DNA of 63,959 nucleotides, filler included, from Craspedostauros australis (lineage: Eukaryota): assembly GCA_030167865.1 (NCBI GenBank). It is 8 parts of 8 records of this genome, joined end to end, with 100 filler letters (N's around TTAATTAATTAA, not from the genome) between each part and the next. Parts side by side here need not be neighbours in the genome. Positions count along the whole stretch, not along the records: positions 19,731 to 37,879 come from JALAGF010000035.1; positions 37,980 to 49,421 come from JALAGF010000036.1; 6 more parts are not named here. The stretch is one strand, 5' to 3'. The notes beneath the pieces are model-generated. The model saw nothing but the letters and a program-made list of their open reading frames with translations. It ran no database searches and was not told the DNA's origin. Every line of letters starts with the position of its first letter. The first letter of the stretch is position 1. Shown here piece after piece: positions 33,991 through 47,272 of the stretch. The position numbers were made by a program, and so were the translations under genes.

Positions 33991-35872
33991 ATGCAAGACT
34001 GCGGCAAACACCCAAACGAGAGTGCTCACCGGGAGCCAGAGGCTGTGATGGCGGAAAGCAATCGCCATGGAGTCTTTGCCACTCGGGAGGACTTAGAATC
34101 ATGCCCAGGAGAGCTTCCTGAACAAGAGCAGGAAATGTGTGCTGCTGAAGAAGTGATTCAATTCGAGCTGGAGGAGCTTCGACATGAGCTCCATGGCATT
34201 CGAGACAAGCCAGACTACAGCAGAGCACGGGAACAAGACCCCGTCCACGTGGAAGAGCATCACAAACTATATGTCAGTGGCGTGGGACGCCGCCCATCTG
34301 ATGCAGCACATCTACTCGTGACGCATTTCAAGGTCAAGAATGATCTGTGGGCACCTCACAAGTTGACCAAGACGATCACTCGATACGATCTCACCCCAGA
34401 TGAGAGGAAGTGCCTCAACTCTTCAGCCATCCAAGTTCTACCGCGGAAAGACAACAGCGGACGCCGCGTCTTCCTCTTCGATTGGCGCGATGATGCGCTC
34501 AAGAAAGTACGTGCGTGGTACAATACAAGTGTGACATATTCTTACTTTCTCGAGCACTGTTGATCTATACTCTTTGATGCCTCGTATGCTACGATCGCGT
34601 GATGATTGCTGAATGGTATGTGGCCTCTCTGTCGTGCGCTGCCATTGTCTGTACCGCTGACACTCCATTCCTTGATTCCCTTTGCGTCGTCCAAACCGGA
34701 GACGTCTATTCCACCCCACTCTACAACTACGTCACGTGTTCACACGACGTCGATTCGATCTGATTACCATGCGACCATACCGATCTCCAGTTGACGCCCA
34801 AGTCCCAACAGCGCGTTTTGTGGTACGAGCTGAACTTTCCTTCCGCATCCGTAGCGCACGATGATACCATCCTCGTTATCTACGGCGTTGGGCCTTCCGA
34901 CAATGATAAGGGACGCGGAGCAAGCCTGCTTGCCAACTTCTTGGAGATCGCCAAGGCGTCCCCGCTGTACATCGTGGGCATTTACGTCTGTTGCTCAGCC
35001 ACTGGATCTCTTCCGGTTGACAGCTCCCACCCCTACGTCATGACGCTGTCACGACAAGCTGGCTTCCAGCTGAGAGAGATTGTCGGTACGTACTGGCACG
35101 AGTACGAAGACTGCGGTTGAGCATGGCATGGCATGGCATGGCACTCTCATATTATGTGTGTATTTGACTGTGCTCTGCGAATCGAGGGAAGTGCGCTTGT
35201 ACTCGTACCTGACCTGACCTGACCTGATGTGTTGGCTCAGCCGCCATCGTCGATACAGACGACGCAACGCGATGTAGTCACTTGCGCGTGTTCCAAGCGA
35301 CATGGCACGACTATCACCACCTCAATGCCCTAACCTCAATGCCCTAACCTCCATGCCATTCTTTCGTACTGACTAAACGCACGGTTGCATGGCCAATCCA
35401 CTTGGCGTGCTCCTTGTATATCTCTCCCACAGGAAATCACGAGGCCGTTCGATCGGCGTTGGATCAACTTGGCATGCCGATGGATAAATTTCCCATCGAC
35501 AGTGAAGGGGGGTTGAACTGCCGTTCTTTTCGAAAGCAGCTCACGGGCAGGAAAAGGAAAGAGACCAGCATTGCGAAGATGGCGGGCGTTGGGCCAACCG
35601 ATGTGTTGGTTGCGAAAGGCAACCTCTTCCAAAACAACCCCGCCAACAAGCGCTTCAAGGAGTTTCTGATGTGCCACCAACACCTAGGCAGCAACATTCG
35701 CAAGGAACTGGACAACAGCCGGGAAGCTGAGCGCTTCGAGTTCTGGATTCCAAACGAAGACAGGAACACCCGAGGGTGGGAGACGAACTTCTGGGTGCTC
35801 GCGCCATTCCCGAAGATCTGGGCCAAAGTTGAAAACCTCTTGAACCGCCGGACCACGACATCGGGACATTGA
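33991..35872 (+). CDS. Divergent CRAL-TRIO-like + DUF6824 protein; exons ~33991-34506, 34791-35085, 35433-35872
   Basis: AAHLLVTHFKVKNDLW...IT..DL...IQVLPRKDNSGRRV, QRVLWY, LDQLGMPMDKFPIDSEG and GPTDVLVAKGNLFQNNPANKRFKEFL...W...AKVENLL. Same exon layout and intron phases (0, 1) as the 27757-29824 gene. Start uncertain. Confidence 0.75.
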
Positions 35873-36352
35873 CTGACGCGCAACACGAGCAAGGAGAGCA
35901 GAGTGCTCGACTCGTAGCGTCGTGGCACCTTTCTCCACAGCAGAAGCCAGAAATGATTGGATATCGAATGAACATCACTCTGCTCGACGAGTACTCGCAT
36001 GATACTTGACAGAGCATATCGTATGTATAAGTACTGTATTATTGGTAGAGTGTGCATATATATATGTGATTTTACTCTACAGTGTGCGTTTCAATGATAC
36101 TCCCACGGTCCACGAGGACGCAGGCGGAGTTATATTGTGCCATTGGATTGGCGCGCAGCGCAAGTGCGTCGGCAATGGATGTTCTCAACCACCAGGGCGT
36201 CGATTTGTTGCGATTGATATCCGGCCATGTCGCGGAGAACGGTGCCGACGCCGCACCCCAACCCTCACAAGAATTCGTTCGTTGTGCGAGGGCCGGCTGC
36301 GTTCTCCTGTGTGCGGCCAGCCCACGTCGAAGCAGATTAGATAGACTGTGGT

Positions 36353-36649
36353 CTACTTGTCGTCGGAAGCAGGTTCGGAAGCAGGTTCGGATTCATCCTC
36401 GACAGGGGCAGAGGCGTCCTCGGCGGGGGCGTCGGCGGCGGGAGCCTCCTTGGCGTCGTCCTTCTTGCCACCGAAATCTGGCAACCAGTCCGGTTTCTCA
36501 ATCCCCAGCTCCTTGAGGAATCCGAAGGAGAGCTCGGTCGATGTGGCACCTGCAGTGTTGGCGGAGATGCCAGATGGCTTGACGACGAAGGCATTGCATG
36601 TGGCCATGATGGCCACGATGACAACGAGGATGGATGTGATGCGGATCAT
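36353..36649 (-). CDS. Small plastid-targeted protein (98 aa precursor), unknown function
   Basis: Signal peptide MIRITSILVVIVAIMATCNA followed by F (ASAFAP-type cleavage). Ser/Thr-rich transit peptide ends STELS, then FGFLKELGIEKPDWLPDFGG and an acidic Ala/Pro tail. Strong codon bias. Confidence 0.8.
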   Translation of the reverse strand: MIRITSILVVIVAIMATCNAFVVKPSGISANTAGATSTELSFGFLKELGIEKPDWLPDFGGKKDDAKEAPAADAPAEDASAPVEDESEPASEPASDDK

Positions 36650-39263
36650 TGTGATAGCTGTGATGAGTTGTCTGCTTGGCTGGGTGTCCTGTGTTGGATG
36701 CTGTTGATTGAATTCGGCTTCCTGTTAGATTCCTTTTTGTGTCCTCGTCTCTGTTGCATGGGCGCCAGAGCCAGAGATGCCCAAACTACCAGGGCGTGTG
36801 CATGTACATTCGTATTCGTGCGCGCATGGCACTCGTACAACCTATGTGTATGGGCAGCTGCACAATCAAGAGCACACGATTGCCGCGTGTCGTGCCCGCT
36901 GTGCTCCTCTTCTTGGTACTGGCAGCGGTAGGTGCACACGCAGGGTGTACAGTACTCTCATGATGGAGGGCAACACGCACACCGATGGAAGAGAGTGCGA
37001 GCTACTCTGGGGCATCAGAGGGCTGCCTTGTACGAGTAGAAAGCAGCCAGCTGGTGCAGCAGTTGGTGAGAGGATGCGTCGTTGCGTGTCATGTCATGTC
37101 ATCTCTGCGGCACAAATCAGCCGGAATCCTTCGCTCCTGGTGTCTGAGGGTGTTCGCCTCCATCTCCAGTTCATGGATCCTGCCCTCTTCAACCAAACTG
37201 TATCCAAATCTCGTCGTGTGCAAGTATGCGTACTATTGTACGCATGCACACGGATCTGCAGATACACGAATACAAGAATTCGCGAATGGCCAACCAACGC
37301 CAAGAGACACACACCCACGTCGGGAAAGGGCCATTCCGCCATTCCGCCACTTTGCCCCCCTCAATCTTTCTCCAAAAAGAGCAACACATTGTGACCATGG
37401 GCCACGCGCTCGTGACTGCTGCTACGACCATCGATACCGCAGAATCCGCGGCACTCCGCTCGTGTGGATACGATACTCTGGAAAGCACTGACTGTGACGT
37501 GCCAGTAGCAACACAACACACGGGTAGATTGTGCCCAGCGCCATCTTTTTTTCCGAGACGCACGAACAGTGTCACCAACACGGTTTGCAGCATTGGAGAA
37601 CGCGAACAGCCAAAGATACCTTTCTGGCACAGAACACACGCCGTCGATCCGTGTCTTTGAGCCTTCCCACAACAGACAGATGGTGTTGTGTCTGTCTGTT
37701 CAGGATGGAAACCAGAACTGATACCTGTCTCTGAACACAGACAAACAGACAATGATTGCATATGAGCCCGATCAGTGAGTCGACCTGCACTCCGTTATTG
37801 GCCTCCAGAAATTTTAGCTTGGATATCCCAACCAAGCACATATTCGTAATCCCTGTAGGTCTAATACAAATAATTAACCNNNNNNNNNNNNNNNNNNNNN
37901 NNNNNNNNNNNNNNNNNNNNNNNTTAATTAATTAANNNNNNNNNNNNNNNNNNNNNNNNNNNNNNNNNNNNNNNNNNNNAGACACGCACCAGCACGAACA
38001 ACGAATGCGAAGCAAGGACCCTCTTGAAAAGCAAGGGGCGATTGAGCCGAAGGGCTGTCACGGTGGAAAGGAGGCAATGTGACGTAGCGGGTTTGGGAAT
38101 GGCGCTGTCTTGGAGCAGACACGAAAGGGTGGAAGGAGAGCAAAGCGGACGTCATTGGCACGTTCACACAGTGTTGGACATCGCCAGGCACTCACGTTAA
38201 TAAGCGCAACGTCATGCCAACACGGGAAAGGCGTGCTCTAGTAGTCGCATGAGTCGATGATCCGAACGAACAAAGCACGGCAGAACACGCTTCAAGCGTG
38301 AATAAAGTACAAATCGACACATGTGGTGTCTTTACCGCGCTTCCCACGCAAGACCACGTCAAGAATGAGAACGAGAAATCCGAACCATGTCCATGTGTGG
38401 AAAGACTTCTGTTGGCATCGCATTACGCTCATCATGGTTTTTATCATCACCGAGCCGTCGCATCGCAACCGTGACTGCTGAGCTCTGCGATGCCTCATCC
38501 CCCTCCCTCCTCGCCAAGCGCGCGGTACCAAGGGAGTATCATCGTACAGGGGATGGACAAAATCACGGCAGGCCACCGTTTGAGACGGCTGTCACTCATT
38601 CCCTCCCCTTTCATGTTCGCACCGAGCCATCAGAACATCGACGGCAGAAATAGGAAACGGAATGGCAACAGATCGCGAACAGCATCTGCTTCTCTCACGC
38701 CCTTTTCGGCCCTTGTTCGCGGCGATCACAAAAAGCACGATTCGTGATGTTGCGTGATGCCCCTGATACTTGTCTGCCGATTCAGAAGTAACTGGTGACG
38801 CCCCATGCAGCCAACTCGACCACAATAGATCGTACACGTAGTCGTGCGAGATAATCTCCTGCGGGAGCATAATAGTAGATTTCATGGCGCCAACTGTTCC
38901 AATCACACAACGTATCTCAGCCAAGAGCCCTCTTGGACACAGTCATTCGGTCATCCAATGTCTACCCTCAATCCGCACGCTAATTTCCGGCGGCACATAT
39001 CGGTCTGTACAACCATCAGGTTGGCGCCGGAACCCACAGAATCTCAACTCAACCGATGTCACAACAAGAATGAAACCGAAACATGGAAAAATGGAACAAC
39101 AAGCGAACACAACGACAACAGCAAATCCAATTCCAATCCAATCCCAATCAATCGACAAGAGCAGCCAAACACGCCGCTCCTTCCCATCGTTTGATTCACG
39201 CCACCTCTCAAATCCTCGACAATCGCACGCATCAGCATTCAGGAGGGGTCACGCGGACGCCTC

Positions 39264-40181
39264 ATGAGACACATCACACCTGCAGCTCTCTGTCTTCTTA
39301 CGAGTATCGCCAACGTGTATTGGTATCTTGCAACTATCAGCACCATTCCAACAGCCAGAGCATTCGTTCTCTCCACCACCACGCATCAGCGTCTGGTCCA
39401 GCCCCAGTGTCAGCTCCAGCCTCTGTCTCGGTCTCTGTGCTGGAACCATCGCGATTTCTTCGCATCCGCCATCACCATTGCCACCACCAGCAACGGCGAG
39501 AACAACAATAGTCGTGGCATCATCACAACCGCAGCCATGTCATCCAACAACGACAACATCGATAACAACGACAACAGCAAGGAGGCCGGGATTGCCAATG
39601 CCATCGACTTCCTCACGATGGCACGCGGTCTCAAGACGACCAAACGGACCGGCTGGGTCATGCGCAAGGTCCCCAACGTCGAATCCGTCGCAGATCATTC
39701 GTGGCGCATCACCTTGATGAGCATGATCGCAGCTTCCAGCACGCAATCCAACATCGACGCCAACAAATGCATCCAGATGGCACTGGTCCATGACCTGGCA
39801 GAAGCCGCCGTCGGTGACATCACACCGCACTGCGGGGTCTCCGACACGGACAAGCATCAGTTGGAGCTGAACGCGATCACCAAGATGACCGGCACCCTGG
39901 CGCCCTTTGCCAACACCTGCGCTGCGACCATCCTCGCATTATGGAAGGAGTACGAGCAAGGCACCACCATGGAGGCCAAGCTCGTCAAGGACATGGACAA
40001 GCTGGAAATGATCCTGCAGGCACTGGAGTACGAGCAGGAGCATGTCGCAGCGGATTCCGACATGATGCCACTGGACCAGTTCTTCACCTCCACGCGCGGG
40101 AAGTGGCGCACCGAGCTGGGCGCAGCATGGGCGGCAGAGATTGAGTCGAGGCGGAAGCCGGAGGACTCCAAAGAAGCATAA
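39264..40181 (+). CDS. HD-domain 5'-deoxynucleotidase (HDDC2/YGK1-like) with probable organellar presequence
   Basis: [41 protein letters not shown] and [18 protein letters not shown]-terminal hydrophobic segment then ARA-F. Confidence 0.92.
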   Translation: MRHITPAALCLLTSIANVYWYLATISTIPTARAFVLSTTTHQRLVQPQCQLQPLSRSLCWNHRDFFASAITIATTSNGENNNSRGIITTAAMSSNNDNIDNNDNSKEAGIANAIDFLTMARGLKTTKRTGWVMRKVPNVESVADHSWRITLMSMIAASSTQSNIDANKCIQMALVHDLAEAAVGDITPHCGVSDTDKHQLELNAITKMTGTLAPFANTCAATILALWKEYEQGTTMEAKLVKDMDKLEMILQALEYEQEHVAADSDMMPLDQFFTSTRGKWRTELGAAWAAEIESRRKPEDSKEA

Positions 40182-43100
40182 CTCCAAGTGCAGCTGGAGC
40201 AACCTGGCACAATCATGACGCGATGTGGTGGAACATGAATACCTGGGCTGGGCGCAGCAGGCATGGCATGGCATGCAAAAAGCAGGCGGCAGGTGGCCGG
40301 GCATGCGAATATCACTCAGGTATCGCGCAATCTCCGATTCGAGACACCATGGTACGAATGGCAACAAATACACCGCGGATACGCTGTTCATTGGGTGAAC
40401 CGAGCTTGGAGGTGCATGGTGCGTATGGCTGCATCGCGTCATTCCCACAGCAAAAATGAACTCCATCTTCTCCAGCCACAGTTCCTTCCCAACCGGGTCT
40501 ACATCTATCGTCACCGATCAGACTTGCAAGATCCGAGTAGAGCATCGCACACACACAGACAGACACACACACATAGAACTCTCCTCTTTGCTATCTGGCC
40601 TTGCCCATCAGCTCATTTCTTCATCTCCAGGTATGGATGAATGTGAGCCCTCTACGAGCACGGGGATGATGGAGCGTTCGAACTTGCCGGGTCACAACAG
40701 GACTGCTCCAGAAAAGCCCAGTGAAATGTTGGTCTTGGTCTTGGTCTTGGTCGTGTCACAGACCACTGGAACACACTTGCCAGCTCTGTTTCGCTCCGCT
40801 CTACTTCAGTATCACCCGCACGCTGCTTCTGTTTCATTTCTCTGGTTCACTTTTACGTCAGCAGAGCATCGCTGGTGGGCAAAACTCCTTCACCGGGCAT
40901 CTACCGTACCAGCACCATACCACGCTCTGTCTTCCTGGCTTCGATGGCAACACTCTTCGCAGAGATCACAAATGTTCTGAGGCAGCCGAGAACGGGACTG
41001 GCCTCCCTTGATGGATCAGACACAATTGAGATTTCGAATCAACTTTTCCAAGCGTCGCCTATTCTCCTGCTTGCTTCCTTGAAGGAGGACACGGGAACAT
41101 GGCTACATACTCGTATTCGTACAAAGCTCGATGGCGGAAGATGCTCAGACGGAGAGCCTCAAGTCCCACCCAATACAACAGCGTCAACCCCGACCGCTTC
41201 CCTCGACCACTCATCTTTAGGCGCTGGCCTTTGCCGTTGGTCATACTCGTGCGGATACTAGTACAGTACTCGTGCCATGCAACTACAAGTATTGCCACTG
41301 TCGGTGCGTCGAATGCTCTGAAGTGAGTAATCTGTGTGAATCTACGCCACCTGCAACTGGGAGGGGGAGAGATCTTCGGGCCCACAAAGAATTGGAGTAG
41401 TGAAAGTGCGCTTTGTTCGGTATCATCATCGGCATCTCCGCTACGAGTATCATTGGTAGCCATATCCACCTAACATTCTGCTCATACGAAAGAGTATGGT
41501 ACTCTACTCCAGTCGTCGTCGGGAACCTTGTGACTTTTGAGCCTCTTCCCCTCGCCATTCGTCCATCTCGCTTCACTGCATTTGTCGCACCAATTTTCGA
41601 TCGAAACGGGACGTTTCTTTTCCATCGATCAGGAAATAGGAACAGAGCATCTGGATCCATGGACAGTCTGATGGTGGCAAAATTGCAAGCAATGTGCCTA
41701 CATCACTTGTGCCACCAAATGAACTCAAGGGGGCGAGACCGTGCGGTAGTTAGCAGAATCCAGATTTGTTACCAGCGAAAGCATCTGCAGTTCTGCCACC
41801 AAAGCGCGAACGTTGGCTGATGGTGCTGATGGTTCTGTGGTGAGTCACAACAACACCATCGTATCAGCCTCGGCATCTACACAACAGAAGCCCAGCATTA
41901 GGGCAGCCTCGGCAGCCCGGAGGCCACTCACGCTTCATTCCAAGGCAGCGCACCTGCTCGTAACTTGGAGCAAACAAGATGCCGCTGGCTATCGTACATT
42001 CATCGTGTTGAACGCTGATGAGTCCGGGGATGCAACAGCGAGTGATACGAGCATGTAGAGGCTGGCCTTTGCTGGTGGGCGCTGATGCTGTTACTCGTGA
42101 TCGCAGGGGCTCCGAGAACCTCCCGTGCGAAAACGAAACAGGCTTTGGCCGCCAAAACTCAACACGGATGGGACTGTACAATATATATATATGTTTATAT
42201 ATTGTACAATGGGTTGCTGCCGTCGCACCTACTGGAAGATCAATCCGTCGGGTAAGGACCGAAAGGGTAACGAGAGACTCTGCGACATGGTATTATCTAT
42301 TCTATAATATTATATCATTCTCAAATATAATATGTTGCATGAGGTGAAGATGAACCATACGATGGAAATACTGATTGCAGGCGGGAGCCCTTTGGGGAAA
42401 GGCGAAGAAATGGCTTGAAACCCCGACACAAACATTTTATCCGCGTCAATTTAGTGAAGGCGGCGGAGATGGAGACGCACGAACAGACAGGAACAATGGT
42501 AGTGGAGGCATCGATAAGGGAACAATGGCGGTGACCAATCGTACCCGTGAGCACATCCTCCCAAATGGGCAAAGCTTGCTTTTGGCAACATCCAGTCAGA
42601 GTCGTAATAGTCTCTTGATGCGATCATGTCCCGTCAATGTCCAATGGAATGGGACGACTATGCATGCCAGCCATCAGGCAAGAATGGGAAATGGTTTGGA
42701 GGCCCGACATCCGAGTTGTGTGCTGACGTGCACATGTGGCGCACATGTCAAATGGGTGTGTGCAAGTATCGCACCATGCGAGCGTGCGAAGTGCGATACG
42801 AGCGAGTGAAAAGTGCTGTCCAAACACGCGCGCGCTTGGTGGACCAAAGAGTGGTGATCGAAATGACTTCGACAGCATCCACCGCATCAAGCAAGAATGA
42901 CCTTCTGTCTTGCAAAACTTCGCGCTTCCAACTCGAATTCTGTTTGTTCACAGAAAATCATCATTCTGTGCCATCACCAAGGAGCAAGATGTGTGTAACC
43001 TTTCGTCACCCAAGACGGCTTCAGAACCTCCATGCAGTGCAGCACCGCAGTCTGAGCATCTCCAGAAAGACAGCCTCGCAATGATTTCTGAGGTTGGTCT

Positions 43101-45280
43101 TGTGGGATAACGAGCCACATCCGAGTACGAGTCCGAGTACCTCATTGTGCTCTTGTTGCTCTTCGCGTCATGGTTTCTTGGACGGAACACTGACCCCCAC
43201 TACGAGTACTATGTATGGTAGGTATGGTACCATACCCAGACGTTTGCACGTTGCGCGTTGCGGTCCGGGCAAGTCAGGAAATGCGTTGCGTTCTGGACAG
43301 AGACGTGGAGGTGCGGGTCTCTCTTGGCCAGGATCCAATACCCATCGGGATACCAATACTCTGCTCCAAGGAGAGCCAAGGCGGAGCGTTTCCAGGTTGG
43401 GGAACTGTGGTAGCTTGGCCGACAGGACACGCGCAGTCCAAGAACTGCTGCTTCGTCACGAGCATTGCAGGTAGTAGTGATCGAAGTTAGGGTAGATAGT
43501 CCGGTTTGAAGGTGCTGTGCCATGCCCCAAAGGGCTCGCACTGCACGGTTGGTGTTCTGATCACAAATAAGCAACCTCCAACTAATTATGTCTCGATAGT
43601 TGTTTTGGTTGGCGGTGATGCCTGACGTTTGTTATGCCCCCTCGACGGAGGACAACAGATTCTGGAACAGCAAAATCCAATTTGTCATTACTATGAGCAT
43701 TTGCGGAAGGCACTGGCGTCCGGTGGCGACCGTCAGAACACAACAAGAGGCTCATCCCGTAGGCTCACTCTTTCTCGTTTCCCTTTGCGAGGACCCGGTT
43801 GCCTGCCTCCCTTCACCAGGATGGCTGCGACTGGTGTGTTGTCCAGGCGTCACGCCCAGCCTTGGTACAGGTTCTCGCAAGGGCACAGGCGCGGACACAA
43901 GCACAAGTGTGGCACGGACGTGCCCTGCGCCATCGCAAGACTAACATCATGCCGATTGGTGCCCTTGTCCATACTGGCAGAGTCGAAAAAAGGTTTCGCA
44001 CGCTGATGTCCTTGGTGGTGGCCAACCAAGATCAACTTTCGCGTTTTGTTTCGGGTTCGTTCAGATTTCATGAAATGCCGGCCACCAGACCGTCTTGTTT
44101 GCGGTGGACGAGGCGTCGCAAAATGAACTTCCGGGGGCGGATGGGACGACACCAACCAAGCCAAGTCGGATACAGTGGCGATCCAATCACCAGCGTCCAA
44201 CTGGTCTGTTGCAGCGGCACGTGGCCCCTCGATTGGTGGCAGACGGATTGACGAGAAGGAAAGATCGAGACATGCCACCACCATACAGTGTGACTTTCCT
44301 CTTGGAACGTCGCCAGGCGCTTCTTTTCGCAGTGCTGTCGGATTCGGGCTTGCGCTGTTTCCATGGTCACAATCCTTTGCATCGTTGTCGCCGCTGCCCT
44401 TGATCATGGCGCAGGATCTTGGTGATGTTCCAGGCAGAATGATATGATGGCCTGGGTATGGAAGGGCTGGGTTGATCGAAAATGGAGACAGGGCGAAGTT
44501 GAAGCAGTCTCTGTAATTTCGCGTTCGAGGGCTCGATGGAGCATGTCCATTCACTTGTGACGAGACGAATAGTCGTATGTCTTTCCCTTCTGTTGCTTTC
44601 GTGTGCCCCAACCAGCGCAAGGCCATGGTAAAGCCCAAATGCATGACTCGTCGACTTCCCCTGCTGGTCGTGCGCGAAAGTCTCTTCATCAAAAATGACC
44701 AAGGTCCTGATTAGTCTTGATTGCAGCCTCAACCGATGCCATGAGCGACGATGTGTGACAGTGTGCAGAGATGTCATCATGTGGGATTATATGGTATCTG
44801 AGACTCAGAAACATATGCAGCCTAGACTGTCGTCCCAGACAGCATCATACTTCAAATCGGACCCTGGAGCAATAGCATGATTGGTTCAATCGAAGTCCCG
44901 CCAACCAATGACATCAAAACACAGATGCACGATCACATTCCAAATCAAGAGAAACCTTGGGCTGCAAAACGAGCACCGACCAGATCAACGAAGCAGGATC
45001 CACGCATAATCATACTCACAGTTTAGTTTCTTAGTTGCAACATGTTCCTGAGTTATTCTCCTGTTATAGTTGTCATCAGAGCCAGGCAGTATCCTCATAC
45101 AGCACAGTCGAGTCCACCGCCGGAAAACAACACATCGCGGTTTCTGCTCCTGCTGCTGCTGCATGTCCCGATGCTAGTCCCGCTGCGAGCTTTGTAACCT
45201 TGGCTGATGAGGCTCGTGCGCTGCTGATTGCTTCGATACGTGCTGGAAACAATGAGATAACAGAGCAAAACGTGTGATAG

Positions 45281-47272
45281 CTACGAACGTGGATGCTGCC
45301 GTCTCTGTGACATGGCCTCTTCGGTCGATGCCAGCTCATTTAAGAGCTGCGCATACCAATGTTCAATTTGCTGGTCTATGGGTAGTGCAGCCGTGGCAGG
45401 AACAGGGATATGAGCGTGGGCATGAGCATGTGCAGAAGCCGACGCAACTGGCATGCCCATCGGTCTCGACGAAAAGGTCGACCTTGTCGCTGATCCTGGC
45501 GCCGGCGACCGTGCCATGTCCGGGTACGATGGCGATACAACAACACCCATGGCACGTTGAACAAGATCTGCGATTCTTGATGAATTGGACCTTTCTGTTC
45601 CAGATGGTGCCGCCGGTGGGTGTGCCAAATCCTCCATCTGCGATGTCAACGACGCCATGGATCGTAACGGGGGTAATGGGGGCAACGCCGAGGCTGCGGT
45701 TGCGGGTGCTGACATCGAATGGAGCCTAAATGGACCAAACCCGGCATCTGCGTCGCGCGACAACTGGTCGACTCCGTGTATCGTAGTATCCCGGTGAGGC
45801 AGCATTTCTGCGAGAAGCCTCGAAATGATAGGATCGTTGCGGAGCATCGTGCTGCTTCTATCGTTTTGAATTTGCCGGAGTATCTGAAGTGTTTGGGCTT
45901 GTTCGGCTCGCATTTGCGAGTCCTGTTGGGCTGTCATAATACCTTGTAGTAGATGGAGCCTCTGCCGTGAATCTCGTGTTGCTGAAGATGCTGAGACTGG
46001 CATGAGTGTCGAAGGTGTCATCTGTGCCTGGCGTTGACCGTACAGCTCACCAGGCGTCGGAGCAGCGGAAGGAAGAGGTTGGCTTGATGTTGTTGAGCTT
46101 GAACCCGTTGCTACCGCGTGCATCGACGTTGGCATTGGCATTGGCATCGGCGCTGATGCTGACGCTGGTATGGCAGCCTGATGTTCCTGAAGCTGATGCC
46201 GAAGATACGAGATGATGCTGGACCTTGACGAGAACATGGTTGCTGATGCGGGCGTCACTCTCTGTGGTTCTGTGGGAGCTGGTGCCGATATGTTCGCGGA
46301 AGCATTGCTATGGTGCGAAGGTATGGCGAATCGCGCAGATGTTGACGACGACATGGCCGACGTTGCTGCCATCTCCGCGACCGCTCTTGACAAGTACTCC
46401 CCGGAGGTGGATGGATCGGATGATACGTAGGTCGTCTGCGGGGCGACAGGTCTCCTTGTGGCTGCGTTATGCACTGGAATTGCAATGGCAGTCGCCCCGT
46501 CGGATGCAACAGCTGTGGGAAAAGCAACGTTCAGCTCACCCCCGGCCATCGCCAATCCCGCAAACGCTGTAGATTGGTGTTGGTGGTGCCCTGGCTGATC
46601 CTGTTGCTTGATGAAGTGCCGGAAGGCTTGCTTGGTCTTTTGGACCAAGGTTGGATCGTCTTCGATGATGAGGTAGAGCTCATGCGCCCTAGCAACATCG
46701 GACATGGAGTCTGGGATCTCGTGGGGATCAAGCTTCCGCAGAAAGCGGGCATTGCGGTCGTGCAGCTCCCGGATCACATCCCTTGCAATTCGGATCTTGT
46801 CACCTCTGATTTGAGAGTCAGTGTATTCCGCCTGTGCATCACGCACTAACGACCTGAAGAGGACATTCCCACCATGGAGACTTGGGCCAGTGCCCCTGCC
46901 CAGGAGAACATCATTTTGCTTGACGTGGGTGGTGATCTTCCTGCTGCCCACCGTGAACACATTCCTGTCGACGTCTGGCGAGCTTTGTCGACGTCGATCG
47001 TCAGGCGTGTCACCTGCACCAGATACATCGTCTGTCTCTGATACGTCGGACTCAAGGGGTGCACTGGATGCATTTGCAGCATCGGTGCTTTGCATAGCGC
47101 TGTCGCACGGTGCCGTGCTTCGTCGCCGCGCTGTGTCGCCTCTTGCTTTGCTGATGCTCGTGCTCGCACTTGTTCGAGTACTCGTGCTCGCACTTGCGGA
47201 ATGCCCGTATCGTCCTTTTATGAGAGTTCGATGTCCGTGCGCTTTCCTGACTTGCAACCTCGTAGCAGCCAT
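45281..47272 (-). CDS. DUF6824-domain protein with long Ser/Ala/Pro/Gln-rich disordered tail
   Basis: NDVLLGRGTGPSLHGGNVLFRSLV...Y...KIRIARDVI...ARFLRK...KTKQAFRH is a canonical DUF6824 pattern. 663-aa ORF. Confidence 0.85.
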   Translation of the reverse strand: MAATRLQVRKAHGHRTLIKGRYGHSASASTSTRTSASTSISKARGDTARRRSTAPCDSAMQSTDAANASSAPLESDVSETDDVSGAGDTPDDRRRQSSPDVDRNVFTVGSRKITTHVKQNDVLLGRGTGPSLHGGNVLFRSLVRDAQAEYTDSQIRGDKIRIARDVIRELHDRNARFLRKLDPHEIPDSMSDVARAHELYLIIEDDPTLVQKTKQAFRHFIKQQDQPGHHQHQSTAFAGLAMAGGELNVAFPTAVASDGATAIAIPVHNAATRRPVAPQTTYVSSDPSTSGEYLSRAVAEMAATSAMSSSTSARFAIPSHHSNASANISAPAPTEPQRVTPASATMFSSRSSIISYLRHQLQEHQAAIPASASAPMPMPMPTSMHAVATGSSSTTSSQPLPSAAPTPGELYGQRQAQMTPSTLMPVSASSATRDSRQRLHLLQGIMTAQQDSQMRAEQAQTLQILRQIQNDRSSTMLRNDPIISRLLAEMLPHRDTTIHGVDQLSRDADAGFGPFRLHSMSAPATAASALPPLPPLRSMASLTSQMEDLAHPPAAPSGTERSNSSRIADLVQRAMGVVVSPSYPDMARSPAPGSATRSTFSSRPMGMPVASASAHAHAHAHIPVPATAALPIDQQIEHWYAQLLNELASTEEAMSQRRQHPRS

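Noticed and set aside
40300..45000. 4.7-kb stretch with many short ORFs
   Set aside because: No recognisable motifs, codon bias or repeat structure that I could support.
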